From the NCBI GenBank assembly GCA_964583095.1, contig CAZOVB010000003.1, positions 562-64,561 of the forward strand: a stretch of DNA of 64,000 nt. Reading direction: 5' to 3'. Below the pieces are notes generated by a model, which saw nothing but the letters and a program-made list of their open reading frames with translations, searched no databases and was not told where the DNA came from. Source of the DNA: an uncultured Planctomycetaceae bacterium (GTDB lineage Bacteria > Planctomycetota > Phycisphaerae > SM23-33). Position 1 is the first letter of the stretch. Every line of letters begins with the position of its first letter. Below, piece after piece: positions 48,755-58,086 of this stretch. Position numbers and translations under genes: made by a program.

Positions 48755-50104
48755 ATGTCCTCTGTCGCCACGCCGTTGTATCCGCGAAGCGCCAAACCCG
48801 GGAAGAGCTATGACGTGATCGTCGCCGGGGGAGGCCCGGCCGGGATCGGCGCCGCCCTGGCCGCCGCCATCACCGGGGCCGATACGCTCATCCTCGAGGC
48901 CCGCAGCCAATTCGGGGGCACGGCCACCGCGGCGATGTGGATGGAGATCAACTTTATTTTCAAGGACAACCACGAGACCGACCGCGGCGGGGTCCATCGC
49001 GTGCTGACCGATGCGATTCGAAGCTGGGGACCCGACGCCTCGCGCCCGGGCCCCCACAAACCCGACGCTCCGGGCAGCGGGGGAAACCTCAACGTCCATC
49101 CGGAATACCTCAAGAAGGTCCTCTTTGACCTCTTCGAAAAGCATGGGGTGGACTACCAGCTTTACAGCCCGGTCTTCGACGCCCGCAAGCAGGGCAATCG
49201 CCTCACCGGCGTTGTGGTCGGGGCCAAGGAGGGACTGGTAACCTACCGGGGCAAGACGTTTGTCGATGCGACCGGTGACGGCGACCTGGCCGCCCGGGCC
49301 GGCTGCGAGATGGCCACCCAGGGCGACGAACAGACCGGCTGGCGACCCCCCGTCACCGTCGCCTGGGCTATCTGCAACGTGGATACCCAAAGGCTCTACC
49401 AATGGCTGGAAGACGACCTGGAACTCGACCGGCATCAGTACAAGGCCTTTAACGAATTGATCGGCGACTACCGCGAGAAAGGCTATAACCTGCCCAACTG
49501 GATGGGCCTGAACCGCACAACCCTTCCCGGAGTGGTCTCGGTCAACAGCGGTACCAGCCTGGATTACTCCCTGGACTGCTCCCGAAGCGAGATGCTGACG
49601 ATGATCGAGAAGATGGCCATCGACCAGTCGATCGACTTCATCCGCTTTGCGCGGGAGAACAAGATTCCGGGCATGGAGGAGGTTTGCCTGATGCGGACCG
49701 GCGGCTTTGCGATGGCCCGCGACACCCGGCGCCTCGTCGGCAAGTACATCTTCGATGACCGGGACGTGATGGAGGGCACGGAGTTTCCCGACGCGGTGGC
49801 CAGCAAGTACGGCGGAAGCGATCCGGTCGGCAAGCAGAGACCCTACACCGGCATCAAGCAGGGAGCCCTGTTCCCCTATCGCAGCCTGCTTCCCCGCGAC
49901 GTGAATGGCCTGCTGGTGGCGGGCCGATGCAGTTCCGCCACCATGCTCGGGCATTACGGCGGAAAGAGCATGGGAAACATGATCTCGATCGGCCAGGGAG
50001 CGGGAGTAGCCGCCGCCCTCAGTGCCGAAGAAAACGTCGTGCCCCGGGATCTTCCCGTCGAGAAGATTCAGCACCAACTGGAGAAGATGGGCGTGAGTCT
50101 GTAG
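48755..50104 (+). CDS. FAD-dependent oxidoreductase (FAD_oxidored family)
   Basis: YDVIVAGGGPAGIGAALAAA is a GxGxxG dinucleotide-binding motif at the N-terminus. A C-terminal ...VAGRCSSAT... segment is present. Confidence 0.65.
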   Translation: MSSVATPLYPRSAKPGKSYDVIVAGGGPAGIGAALAAAITGADTLILEARSQFGGTATAAMWMEINFIFKDNHETDRGGVHRVLTDAIRSWGPDASRPGPHKPDAPGSGGNLNVHPEYLKKVLFDLFEKHGVDYQLYSPVFDARKQGNRLTGVVVGAKEGLVTYRGKTFVDATGDGDLAARAGCEMATQGDEQTGWRPPVTVAWAICNVDTQRLYQWLEDDLELDRHQYKAFNELIGDYREKGYNLPNWMGLNRTTLPGVVSVNSGTSLDYSLDCSRSEMLTMIEKMAIDQSIDFIRFARENKIPGMEEVCLMRTGGFAMARDTRRLVGKYIFDDRDVMEGTEFPDAVASKYGGSDPVGKQRPYTGIKQGALFPYRSLLPRDVNGLLVAGRCSSATMLGHYGGKSMGNMISIGQGAGVAAALSAEENVVPRDLPVEKIQHQLEKMGVSL

Positions 50105-50140
50105 CGCCCGACTTCCGGACCCGGCACCCGACGGAAAAGC

Positions 50141-50662
50141 TCAGTCCGGATCGGTGCAGAGCTTCGCAGCCTTTTCGAACAGGGCCTTGAGTTTGGGGGT
50201 GATCCAGCTCAACTGCGCGAACTGGCCAAGCGTCTTTCCCAGGGGCCCCGGCTCCAGGCGGGTGATGCGAACGTTGTGCATGGTCAGCCCGGCCGCGATG
50301 GCTGCGTGGTAAAGCACCAGCGACACCTGGCGAGCGGGTCCCTCGGACAGAAGCGAGGCCTCCCGCTTGGCCACCGCCTTGATTTCCTCGAGCTGCTCCA
50401 GGGGGGTGATGGAATCGGTCAGGCAGGTCTCGAGCGTGCCGGGCCCGTCGCTGCGAGTTTCTCGGGTCGCACGGGCCACGAGGCTCTCGATCTGCTTCCA
50501 TTGCTTCAGGGTATCCTGGGACGACTCAGCCAGCCGAGAGCTCAGCAGGTCCTTCTTGGCCTGGTCCGGCTGATGATTCCGGCTTTGGGGTGTATAGAGC
50601 GCAATCTCCAGCAGCTTTGCCATTCTGGCAGCGGTCGTATCCAACGGCGAGTGTTTCTGCAT
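50141..50662 (-). CDS. hypothetical protein downstream of the ECF sigma factor
   Basis: A 173-aa ORF with no TM helices and no recognisable motif. Its position suggests a sigma-factor partner, which is speculative. Confidence 0.35.
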   Translation of the reverse strand: MQKHSPLDTTAARMAKLLEIALYTPQSRNHQPDQAKKDLLSSRLAESSQDTLKQWKQIESLVARATRETRSDGPGTLETCLTDSITPLEQLEEIKAVAKREASLLSEGPARQVSLVLYHAAIAAGLTMHNVRITRLEPGPLGKTLGQFAQLSWITPKLKALFEKAAKLCTDPD

Positions 50663-50775
50663 GTCAAATCTCGAAACCCGAAAGGTGCATAAGACAACGC
50701 CCCCCCCTTCACGCAGGCGACCTTCGCCGTAGGCAGCGTGCCCTTGCCCTGTTGTTTTCTATGCGCGGCGGGGGC

Positions 50776-51546
50776 CTATCCTGCGCAGGAACCGGAGAGA
50801 ATCTTCATCAACTCCCGGATTTCCTCTTCGACATTTTCGCCGGGGCGAAGATTGCGTCGGACAGCCGATTGCAACTGTGTGCGAAACCTGCGCTTAACAG
50901 TCACCAGCATGTTCGATACCTGGGTCGGATCCTCCAGGCCGTGCTTGCGGCACAACCGGGAAAGCTCGGGCGACTCCTGACCGTGGAGCAGCGGATCGAC
51001 CACGCGGGCTTCAAACAGGGCCCAGTGAACGGCTAGGCCGTCGGTCTGGCAACTGCCTCGGACCTCCTCGAGGACTTCCTCCAGCAGCGAGGCCGCCCAG
51101 GCGAAGGTGAACGCCTCCTGGGGAGATCGGGCCGCCGAGGTCAGATCCATCTGGCCCGCCTCGGCGTCGCTGAGCGAGAACAGCCCCTGGCGGGGCATGC
51201 GCTTCTGCGAGGTGCTCTTGCGATACTCCTGGCGGACAAAGCAGTTCAGGGCCGTCAGAAGAAAACTCCGGAAGCGCCCGCGGCTGCGATCCGCCTGGGC
51301 GATCAGATCCTTGCCGAAGACGATCTCGGCAAAAAACGCCTGCGTCAGATCGCGGGCATCTTCGTGGGACTGGCCCCGGAACCGGAGATACGAATAGACC
51401 GGCCGCCAGTACCTTCGGCACAGGTCGTCCAGGATGGCCTGTCGCTCCTGCTCGTCGGCTTCGGGAATCCGCCCGATTTCGGTCCACTGGGTCTCCTCGA
51501 ACCGACTGCCGGGACCGTGGGGGCCCGTGGAATGCGGGGGAATCAT
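50776..51546 (-). CDS. ECF-type RNA polymerase sigma-70-family factor (planctomycete STK-associated type)
   Basis: A region-2-like segment ...DLCRRYWRPVYSYLRFRGQSHEDARDLTQAFFAEIV..., and a region-4-like C-terminus. It is divergent from an operon that contains a Ser/Thr kinase. Confidence 0.65.
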   Translation of the reverse strand: MIPPHSTGPHGPGSRFEETQWTEIGRIPEADEQERQAILDDLCRRYWRPVYSYLRFRGQSHEDARDLTQAFFAEIVFGKDLIAQADRSRGRFRSFLLTALNCFVRQEYRKSTSQKRMPRQGLFSLSDAEAGQMDLTSAARSPQEAFTFAWAASLLEEVLEEVRGSCQTDGLAVHWALFEARVVDPLLHGQESPELSRLCRKHGLEDPTQVSNMLVTVKRRFRTQLQSAVRRNLRPGENVEEEIRELMKILSGSCAG

Positions 51547-51844
51547 GGGCAGATTCCGACCTGCCCGGAGCGGGCTCGTACATTTTCGATCCCCCGCATT
51601 GCGGGCCGAAAACAGAGTCCGGATGCTGCATACGACATATTGATACCTCTTGACAGAATCAGGCGATCCATCTATACAAAGACAGTGTCGTCTCGCTCAT
51701 TGTAATCGGATGTCTTCTTCAGGGCCAACAATCGTCCCGGAGGACCAAGGCGTACCGGCCGCAGGCAGGCTTGGTGGTCCAAGGGCAACGGACGCCGAGG
51801 TCACCGAGGTCATCCGCCTGTCTTGTGTTCTGAAAGGATGAACA

Positions 51845-52909
51845 ATGATCCACTCGACCTTCTCGGCCGTTCCCCGCCGACGGCAAGGGCGCCTGCTGGG
51901 ACTCGTCCTTTTGACCTGCCTGCTGCTCGGACCCCGGCTCCTCCGAGCCGGCGACTACAGCCAAGGCAACTTCGGTCATCGATTCTCGGCGGCATTGACA
52001 CGCTTCTCGCCCTATGCCGACGTAGCAGCCGCCGGGGGCGCCAGCGCCGGCAGCAAGTGGTTCTCTTCGCTGAACCCGGCCAGCGCAGCCTGGAATCTCA
52101 AGTTCAACGACAGGAGCCTCTTCCTCTCGCCCCAGTATTCGCTGCTGTGTTTCTCCGAGGGACAAAAGCTCCACGTAGCCACCCAGTCGGCCACGATCGA
52201 CCTGGGCAAGTGGGGCAGCCTGATTCCCGCCTGGGCCCAAGCCCACAGCAACACCCGCAAGACCAAGGCAGGACTGGACTTCCAGTACGACCTGCGCCAG
52301 TTCCAGTTGCAGTACGGCCTGAACGTATCGGAGCGGACCGCCCTGGGGGCCGCCTTTGGCTTTTCCGACGCATCCATTCAGTTCGATTGGGGGAATCTGC
52401 AGGTCTCCGACAGTGATTCCGAGACGTACATGTTCCGCCTGGGCGGACTCCACCGCATCACAGAAAAATGGCTGGCCGGGCTGGTGATCGAGTACGCCTT
52501 CTCCCGCGGGAGAACCACCGAGTACGACCTGACCGGCTTTCTCCCGGATGTCAAGACGGCCGATACGGCGCATCAAATCCTCCTTCGCCCGGGCGTGTCG
52601 CTGGAGTACCAGGAAGATTCCAGCGTCTTCTTCGACTACGAGTTGGCGTCCTTCTGGGACCACAGCGGCCATCTGAACCTCAATCGCTTTCATCTTGGGA
52701 TCGACCACCAGGTGGTCCGGGGGATCTTCATCCGGGGCGGGACGGTCGTGGACTTGCGCGGCGAATGGACGTGGACGACGGGCTTTGGCCTGGCCCCCAC
52801 CGACTGGATGTCGGTGGACGTGGCGTACCAGTGCAACGCCATGCCCGAGCTGGAAGAGGAATTCGGCACCAGCCGGCAGGTAACGGTCTCGGTTTCTTTG
52901 AGTTGGTAA
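51845..52909 (+). CDS. putative outer-membrane beta-barrel protein
   Basis: A signal peptide. Alternating hydrophobic beta-strand patterns run throughout. The C-terminal ...VTVSVSLSW ends in an aromatic residue, as expected for a beta-barrel protein. Confidence 0.4.
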   Translation: MIHSTFSAVPRRRQGRLLGLVLLTCLLLGPRLLRAGDYSQGNFGHRFSAALTRFSPYADVAAAGGASAGSKWFSSLNPASAAWNLKFNDRSLFLSPQYSLLCFSEGQKLHVATQSATIDLGKWGSLIPAWAQAHSNTRKTKAGLDFQYDLRQFQLQYGLNVSERTALGAAFGFSDASIQFDWGNLQVSDSDSETYMFRLGGLHRITEKWLAGLVIEYAFSRGRTTEYDLTGFLPDVKTADTAHQILLRPGVSLEYQEDSSVFFDYELASFWDHSGHLNLNRFHLGIDHQVVRGIFIRGGTVVDLRGEWTWTTGFGLAPTDWMSVDVAYQCNAMPELEEEFGTSRQVTVSVSLSW

Positions 52910-52925
52910 GGCCCCGGCGGCGACC

Positions 52926-55025
52926 ATGCAGGATGAACAGCATGACAGCAGGAAGCGGCCCGTAGGCGACAGCAAGGAGCTGTTCTCGGTGGAGCTTTCG
53001 GCTTTTACCGCCGACGGACAGGAGACGCGCGAGACCCTGGGGCCGATCGAACGGACCAAGCCCGAGGTGGAAGGGTACGAAGTGCTCTCTCCGCTGGGCA
53101 GCGGAGCGATGGGGACCGTCTGGAAGGCCCGTCAACTCGGTACGAATCAGCACGTGGCGCTGAAGGTTCTGGATATGGGCCCCGGAGACCCAAACCGGCA
53201 ACGCAACCGGTTCGAGCGGGAGATTGAACTGGCAGCCCAGTTGAACCACCCCAACATCGCCCGGGTCTACCATGCGGGCCTCAGCCAGGACAAATGCTGC
53301 TACCTGGCCATGGAACTCATCGAGGGCGAGCACCTGGATGTCTACCTGGAGCGCAAGCGAAAGGAAGCGAATCTCAGCGACGAGGAATACACCGCCCTGG
53401 TGCTGATGCTGATGGAAGAGGTCTGTGCCGGGGTTGAACATGCCCACCAGGGCCAGGTGGTCCATCGGGATCTCAAGCCCTCCAATATCATGGTTCGACC
53501 GGACGGAAGCGTCGTAATCGTGGACTTCGGCGTAGCCAAGACCGTCACCGGCCAGGGCGAGAGTTCCCGGTCGCTGCTGGAAGTCCTCCAGAGCAGCAGA
53601 AGACAGCAAGCCGATGAACCGGATCTCCAGGCCCGGGCGGACCATCCGCCGGCGCCACCGGAAAGCGGTTCGCCCGATGGGTCGTTTCCCGAGTGGAGCC
53701 GGAGCGGGCCGATGGTCTCCCGCCATTCGATGCCGGCCACCAGCAAAGGCGTCCTGGTCGGAACGCTGGCCTACATGTCTCCCGAGCAGGCAGCCGGGAT
53801 GAACCAGCAGCTCACGACCCAAAGCGACGTCTACAGTCTCGGGGTGATCCTCTACAAGCTCCTCACGGGCCGCTATCCACACGATCTTTCCGGCGGAGAT
53901 CCGGAGGCCGTACGGTTCCGAAAGATCAACAATCCCGTCCTGCCCCCGGAGGAAGCCAAGCCCGAACTCGCCCCCCCGCTTGCGGCCATGCTCCGCCGGG
54001 CCCTGCAACGCGAGCGGACAAACCGCTACGCGTCGGTCTCCCAGCTTCAGCATGACATCCGGGCCTATTTCGAGGACAACCCCCTCCTGGCCTACGAGGA
54101 GACTGCCGGCAGGGCGATTCTCCGGAGGGTTTCGGCCTACAACATCCCGATCGCCATCGCCCTGTCCCTGGTGGTCACGATGGGCCTGTGCGTCTGGGTA
54201 CATCTGGCGGGGATGAAGGTCATCAACGTCATCTCGGTCTATGACCTGCTGGGCCTGGCTATGCTCAGCGGCATCAGCTTCGTGTTCTTCCTGGCCTATG
54301 TGACCTGTGGCAGGAGGAAGATCGACCTGGTCTTCGGTACGTTGATCTCCTGCAGCGCGATCGTCTGCGGAATCACCTTCCTGGCCGACAACCTGGTCCT
54401 GGTGGGACACTCCGCAGTCGACAAGCCCTGGGCAGCCCGGGCTGCCCTGATGATCGGCTGGGGCCAGTGGGGCATGGCCATCCTGGCCCTGCCGCTGGAG
54501 ATCCACTTCGTACTGGTCTACTGCGGACTGGACCGGAAATACCGCAAGACCCTCTATGGCGTCTATGCACTGGCCTTTGCCGCCTTGCCGGCCGTGTTCC
54601 ACCCCGGATTCCTCAAGCAGGCCTCCAAGCCCAATGCCTCCGTCGCCTCGGTCAGCCACCTGGCGGTCTGGCTGGCCCAGCCGCAACCGGGCGCCACGCT
54701 CTGCCTGGTCGCCTGGATCGTCATAAACGTCGGCATCCTCCTGCTGCTCCACCGGCAAAAGACCCGGAAGGACCGCTTTGGCCCGTATCGCTGTATCCAC
54801 CTGGTCCAGTGGGCTATCGCCGTACAGGCCATCGGCGTCCTGGGAGACATTACACAGGCGTTCTTCTCGATCAGCACCCTCTCGGCCTACGTCGGCTGTG
54901 CGATGATCTCCGCGATGCTCCTTTCTGCCGCCCTGGTCCGCGAACGCATCGAGAGCAGCCGAAAGATCCTTTACGACTCGGTCAAGGAAATCAAGAACAC
55001 CCAAGCCCGAACCCAGGCCGCCTGA
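52926..55025 (+). CDS. Ser/Thr protein kinase fused to a C-terminal polytopic membrane domain
   Basis: LGSGAMGTVWKA (Gly loop), VALK, HRDLKPSNIMV and DFGVAK form a Hanks-type kinase. The C-terminal roughly 300 aa contains about 8 predicted TM helices. Confidence 0.8.
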   Translation: MQDEQHDSRKRPVGDSKELFSVELSAFTADGQETRETLGPIERTKPEVEGYEVLSPLGSGAMGTVWKARQLGTNQHVALKVLDMGPGDPNRQRNRFEREIELAAQLNHPNIARVYHAGLSQDKCCYLAMELIEGEHLDVYLERKRKEANLSDEEYTALVLMLMEEVCAGVEHAHQGQVVHRDLKPSNIMVRPDGSVVIVDFGVAKTVTGQGESSRSLLEVLQSSRRQQADEPDLQARADHPPAPPESGSPDGSFPEWSRSGPMVSRHSMPATSKGVLVGTLAYMSPEQAAGMNQQLTTQSDVYSLGVILYKLLTGRYPHDLSGGDPEAVRFRKINNPVLPPEEAKPELAPPLAAMLRRALQRERTNRYASVSQLQHDIRAYFEDNPLLAYEETAGRAILRRVSAYNIPIAIALSLVVTMGLCVWVHLAGMKVINVISVYDLLGLAMLSGISFVFFLAYVTCGRRKIDLVFGTLISCSAIVCGITFLADNLVLVGHSAVDKPWAARAALMIGWGQWGMAILALPLEIHFVLVYCGLDRKYRKTLYGVYALAFAALPAVFHPGFLKQASKPNASVASVSHLAVWLAQPQPGATLCLVAWIVINVGILLLLHRQKTRKDRFGPYRCIHLVQWAIAVQAIGVLGDITQAFFSISTLSAYVGCAMISAMLLSAALVRERIESSRKILYDSVKEIKNTQARTQAA

Positions 55026-55036
55026 GAAGGATTTCT

Positions 55037-57016
55037 TCAGTCGAGATGGCCCTGTAGCAACAGGCAGCAGTGAGGTTCGATTTCAAGATCGCCAAGCTCG
55101 CTGAATCCCAGCGCGCGCTGCGACCAGACATCGCGAAATTCCCCAGGCAGGGCGCAATCATCGGCTTCCAGACCGGCCCCGATCGGTCGGGCCTCCTGGC
55201 TCCAGTTGAACAGGCCAAGCAGGATTCGATCTCCATCTCGCTTGAGCAATCGCTCGGGCAACGGCGAGGCTGGATCCAAGGGCACGCCCGGCTGACCGCC
55301 GGAAAGCTCCAGTACCTTGCCGACGATGTCCAGGCCTCGGTCGTTGAGCCCCTTGAAGCGGTCGCCCAGGATCACCAGTCCTCCCGAGAGAATCACGCAC
55401 GAAGCCCACATCTGCGCTTCGCTGAGCGTGAAGACCTCCTTGCCGCCCTTTTCCACGTTGTGCCAGTCCATCATGTCGGCCTTGGCGGTATCCTTGCCTC
55501 GAAAGACCGCGAAATCCGGATCGCTCAGCCAGAGCCGGCCCTGGAGGTGATAGTTGAACAGTACCGATCGGGCACAGTTGAGCAGTTGGGACCAGTACAC
55601 GTGAACATCTGCACTGATGCGCGAAGCGTCCATCAATCCGGCGCCGGTGGCATAGAGGGTTCCGCACCCCGTCCAGAAGCTCTCGGGCCCGATGGCCTGC
55701 CGCAAGGCTTGCATGCAGCGGCGATGGGCGCGGATCAACCCCTGGTCCGGATCGTGGAAGGCAAGCTCGATCTTGTTTCCCGGGACGTCATCCCCCACCC
55801 CGAAGGCGGGCTTGATCGGATTGCTCAGAAAGTCCGTCTTGAAATACCCGTAGCCCCAGTCGCGGAACTTCCGGTAGGTCTTCTCGATGTGCTCGACCAC
55901 CTCCTGCCGCGTCGGGTCCAGTTGGCAGCGATCGCCCCAGGGCGGGGCGCAGCCCGTCAGGGCCCAGAAGGAGTACGGCCGGCCTTGGCACTGAACGGCC
56001 AGGTCCGGCCTTGCGCTTAGCAGCCGGCTGTGGCGATTGGCCAGAAACGGCGCGGACCACAGGCCCGGCACGAAGCCCGCCTGGCGAATCCTCGCCGCCA
56101 GTTCGGCCATGTCCATCCCGAAGCGCTCGCTCACATCCCAGTCTCCCACCATCGTCTCCCAGCCGTCATCGACAATGATGTAACGAATCCGGCTGCGCAA
56201 GCGCGGATCCGAGGCCAGGAACTCCACGTTCTCCAGCACGTCCCGGGCGGTGACCTCCAGGCGGTAGTAGTCCCAACTGTTCCAGCCGAAGTGCTCGGCG
56301 GTCTTCTCGGCCGGGACACGCGGCTGATAGGTCGGCTTGATCCGCACCATACCCTCGGTTACGGGCAGATCCAGGCTCAGCAGCAGGCGGTCGGATTGCA
56401 GTTGTGTCCGGAGTGGGACGTCGATTCGGCTGCTGAGGCGAAGGCGGGTCCCCTGAACGTCGACCCCATCTGCCCACTGACAATTCTGGCGGAAACCGAA
56501 ACACAAGGCCTCGACGCTTTGTGGATCGAAGATGGCCCCCTGCCAGTACGGATCGAACTTCGGCGGGATCGGCTCGCCAAGCCGGAACTGTCCCGGCCTG
56601 CCCCACACGTCAAAGGGCTGGGTCCACCTGCAAAGCTCGTCGAGGTCCTTCTCGCCCAGCCAGGAATCCTCCAGGTCCAGGATCATCGGATCGTGCGAAA
56701 GCAGACGCACCTTCTCCGGCCCGCTGGATTCGAACGTGGTCTGCATTTCCAGCAGGTCTTCTTCCAAGGGGGTCATGCGGATACCCCACCGGAGCGGGTC
56801 CTGCCCGGAGCGGATCTCCAGGCCGCCTTCTCTCTGCTGCAAGGTGCATCCGGAAAAGAGGCTCGCCTCGTTGCATCCGCTGGGTGTCTGAAAGATCACC
56901 TTCCCCGAGAAACGGATATACCGCTCTGCAATGCGGATCTCACAGAGGCCTTGGCCTGGGTCCAGTAGGATCTCGAATTTTCCAACCTTCTCAACGGCGG
57001 TTTGCGAATCAGTCAT
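55037..57016 (-). CDS. glycoside hydrolase, alpha-galactosidase-like (clan GH-D, GH36/GH27-type)
   Basis: ...YIIVDDGWETMVGDWD... (a DDGW motif) and ...GYGYFKTDFL... (K-x-D). The start is taken at MTDSQTAV; the upstream part of the ORF would overlap the AraC gene. Confidence 0.5.
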   Translation of the reverse strand: MTDSQTAVEKVGKFEILLDPGQGLCEIRIAERYIRFSGKVIFQTPSGCNEASLFSGCTLQQREGGLEIRSGQDPLRWGIRMTPLEEDLLEMQTTFESSGPEKVRLLSHDPMILDLEDSWLGEKDLDELCRWTQPFDVWGRPGQFRLGEPIPPKFDPYWQGAIFDPQSVEALCFGFRQNCQWADGVDVQGTRLRLSSRIDVPLRTQLQSDRLLLSLDLPVTEGMVRIKPTYQPRVPAEKTAEHFGWNSWDYYRLEVTARDVLENVEFLASDPRLRSRIRYIIVDDGWETMVGDWDVSERFGMDMAELAARIRQAGFVPGLWSAPFLANRHSRLLSARPDLAVQCQGRPYSFWALTGCAPPWGDRCQLDPTRQEVVEHIEKTYRKFRDWGYGYFKTDFLSNPIKPAFGVGDDVPGNKIELAFHDPDQGLIRAHRRCMQALRQAIGPESFWTGCGTLYATGAGLMDASRISADVHVYWSQLLNCARSVLFNYHLQGRLWLSDPDFAVFRGKDTAKADMMDWHNVEKGGKEVFTLSEAQMWASCVILSGGLVILGDRFKGLNDRGLDIVGKVLELSGGQPGVPLDPASPLPERLLKRDGDRILLGLFNWSQEARPIGAGLEADDCALPGEFRDVWSQRALGFSELGDLEIEPHCCLLLQGHLD

Positions 57017-57123
57017 TACGGCTCCAGTTTCTTCTGCGGCGCGGGTCGGCAGGTATCTGTAGATTCCGACCCGGGCAAGGAAGAGGAAGTATGCTCGCCC
57101 GCGGGGCCCGATGCAAGGTGTTG

Positions 57124-58086
57124 CTACTTGCGGTACTCCGAGGGCGTCTTGCCGGTGGCCTGCTTGAATCGTCGGGAGAAATGGTACTCGTCCCGAAAGC
57201 CGCACGCGGCGGCCAACTCCTGGTTGCTGGGCGAGAAGCGCAGCAGCATCTGCTTGGCCGCCTCGATGCGATGCAGGAACTGGTAGCGGCTGGGAGACTG
57301 GCCCGACAGACGGGCAAATCGCTTGCGGAAGGTTTCGTAGGACATGTTCAACCCCGAGGCGACCTGGGCCAGGGGCGGGATGCGCCCGAGGTCCTCCCCT
57401 TCCAGCGCCCGCCGGGCCCTTCGGAGCCAGTTTCGGTCCCGGTGGGAAGGATCGTGACTGCGGCGGTAGTCGTGCATGTCGGCCAGCAGGGCCTGAAGTG
57501 TGGCCATTGCCTGCAGCGGGCCCGACGTTCCCCCGCTACCCATCCTGGCCAGGGCGCGGATCCTGTGGGACCAGTGTTCGACCGGCAGCAGGGAAACCAC
57601 CGGCGGCTGATCTCCCAGGAGACCCTTGCTTCTCCACAGGTCGAAGATCGGCCCCTCGAAGGAGACGAACAGTTCGTGCATTTCGCCCCCGGCCAGGGGC
57701 TGATGCAACCAGCGGGTTCCGGGCATCAGGCGAATCAGACCGCCCGGATCGAGTAGTTTCTCGCCCTGCCGGTTGTCGCGGTATTCGCCTCGGCCTGAGG
57801 TGATGTAGATCAGCGAGTAGTACCCCGCTTCGAGCCAGGTATCGCGACGGGGCAGCGGTCCCCACCCGATGCTGCGGAGGGTCCCCAGGGGCGTTTTCAA
57901 ATGCAGCGGTCTGCCGAAATGTCGGGCGCCGGAACGAGCCATGAGTAAGACAATACCAGAATCGCCAAAGAAACTACCACCTTCGCCATGGAGAATCGCC
58001 GGTTTTTCTGGGATAAGAGCAGCCCAAGGGCAGAGGCTACTTGCCCGGGCATCCCAAAATCGATACAGCGCAAAGGAATCCTTCAT
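57124..58086 (-). CDS. AraC-family transcriptional regulator (cupin-like N-terminal domain plus HTH)
   Basis: The C-terminal ...LAQVASGLNMSYETFRKRFARLSGQSPSRYQFLHRIEAAKQMLL...AAACGFRDEYHFSRRFKQATGKTPSEYRK contains two AraC HTH motifs. Confidence 0.8.
   Translation of the reverse strand: MKDSFALYRFWDARASSLCPWAALIPEKPAILHGEGGSFFGDSGIVLLMARSGARHFGRPLHLKTPLGTLRSIGWGPLPRRDTWLEAGYYSLIYITSGRGEYRDNRQGEKLLDPGGLIRLMPGTRWLHQPLAGGEMHELFVSFEGPIFDLWRSKGLLGDQPPVVSLLPVEHWSHRIRALARMGSGGTSGPLQAMATLQALLADMHDYRRSHDPSHRDRNWLRRARRALEGEDLGRIPPLAQVASGLNMSYETFRKRFARLSGQSPSRYQFLHRIEAAKQMLLRFSPSNQELAAACGFRDEYHFSRRFKQATGKTPSEYRK

Noticed and set aside
52728-55004. A 758-aa minus-strand ORF
   Set aside because: It lies antisense to the Ser/Thr kinase gene, whose Hanks motifs are unambiguous on the plus strand.
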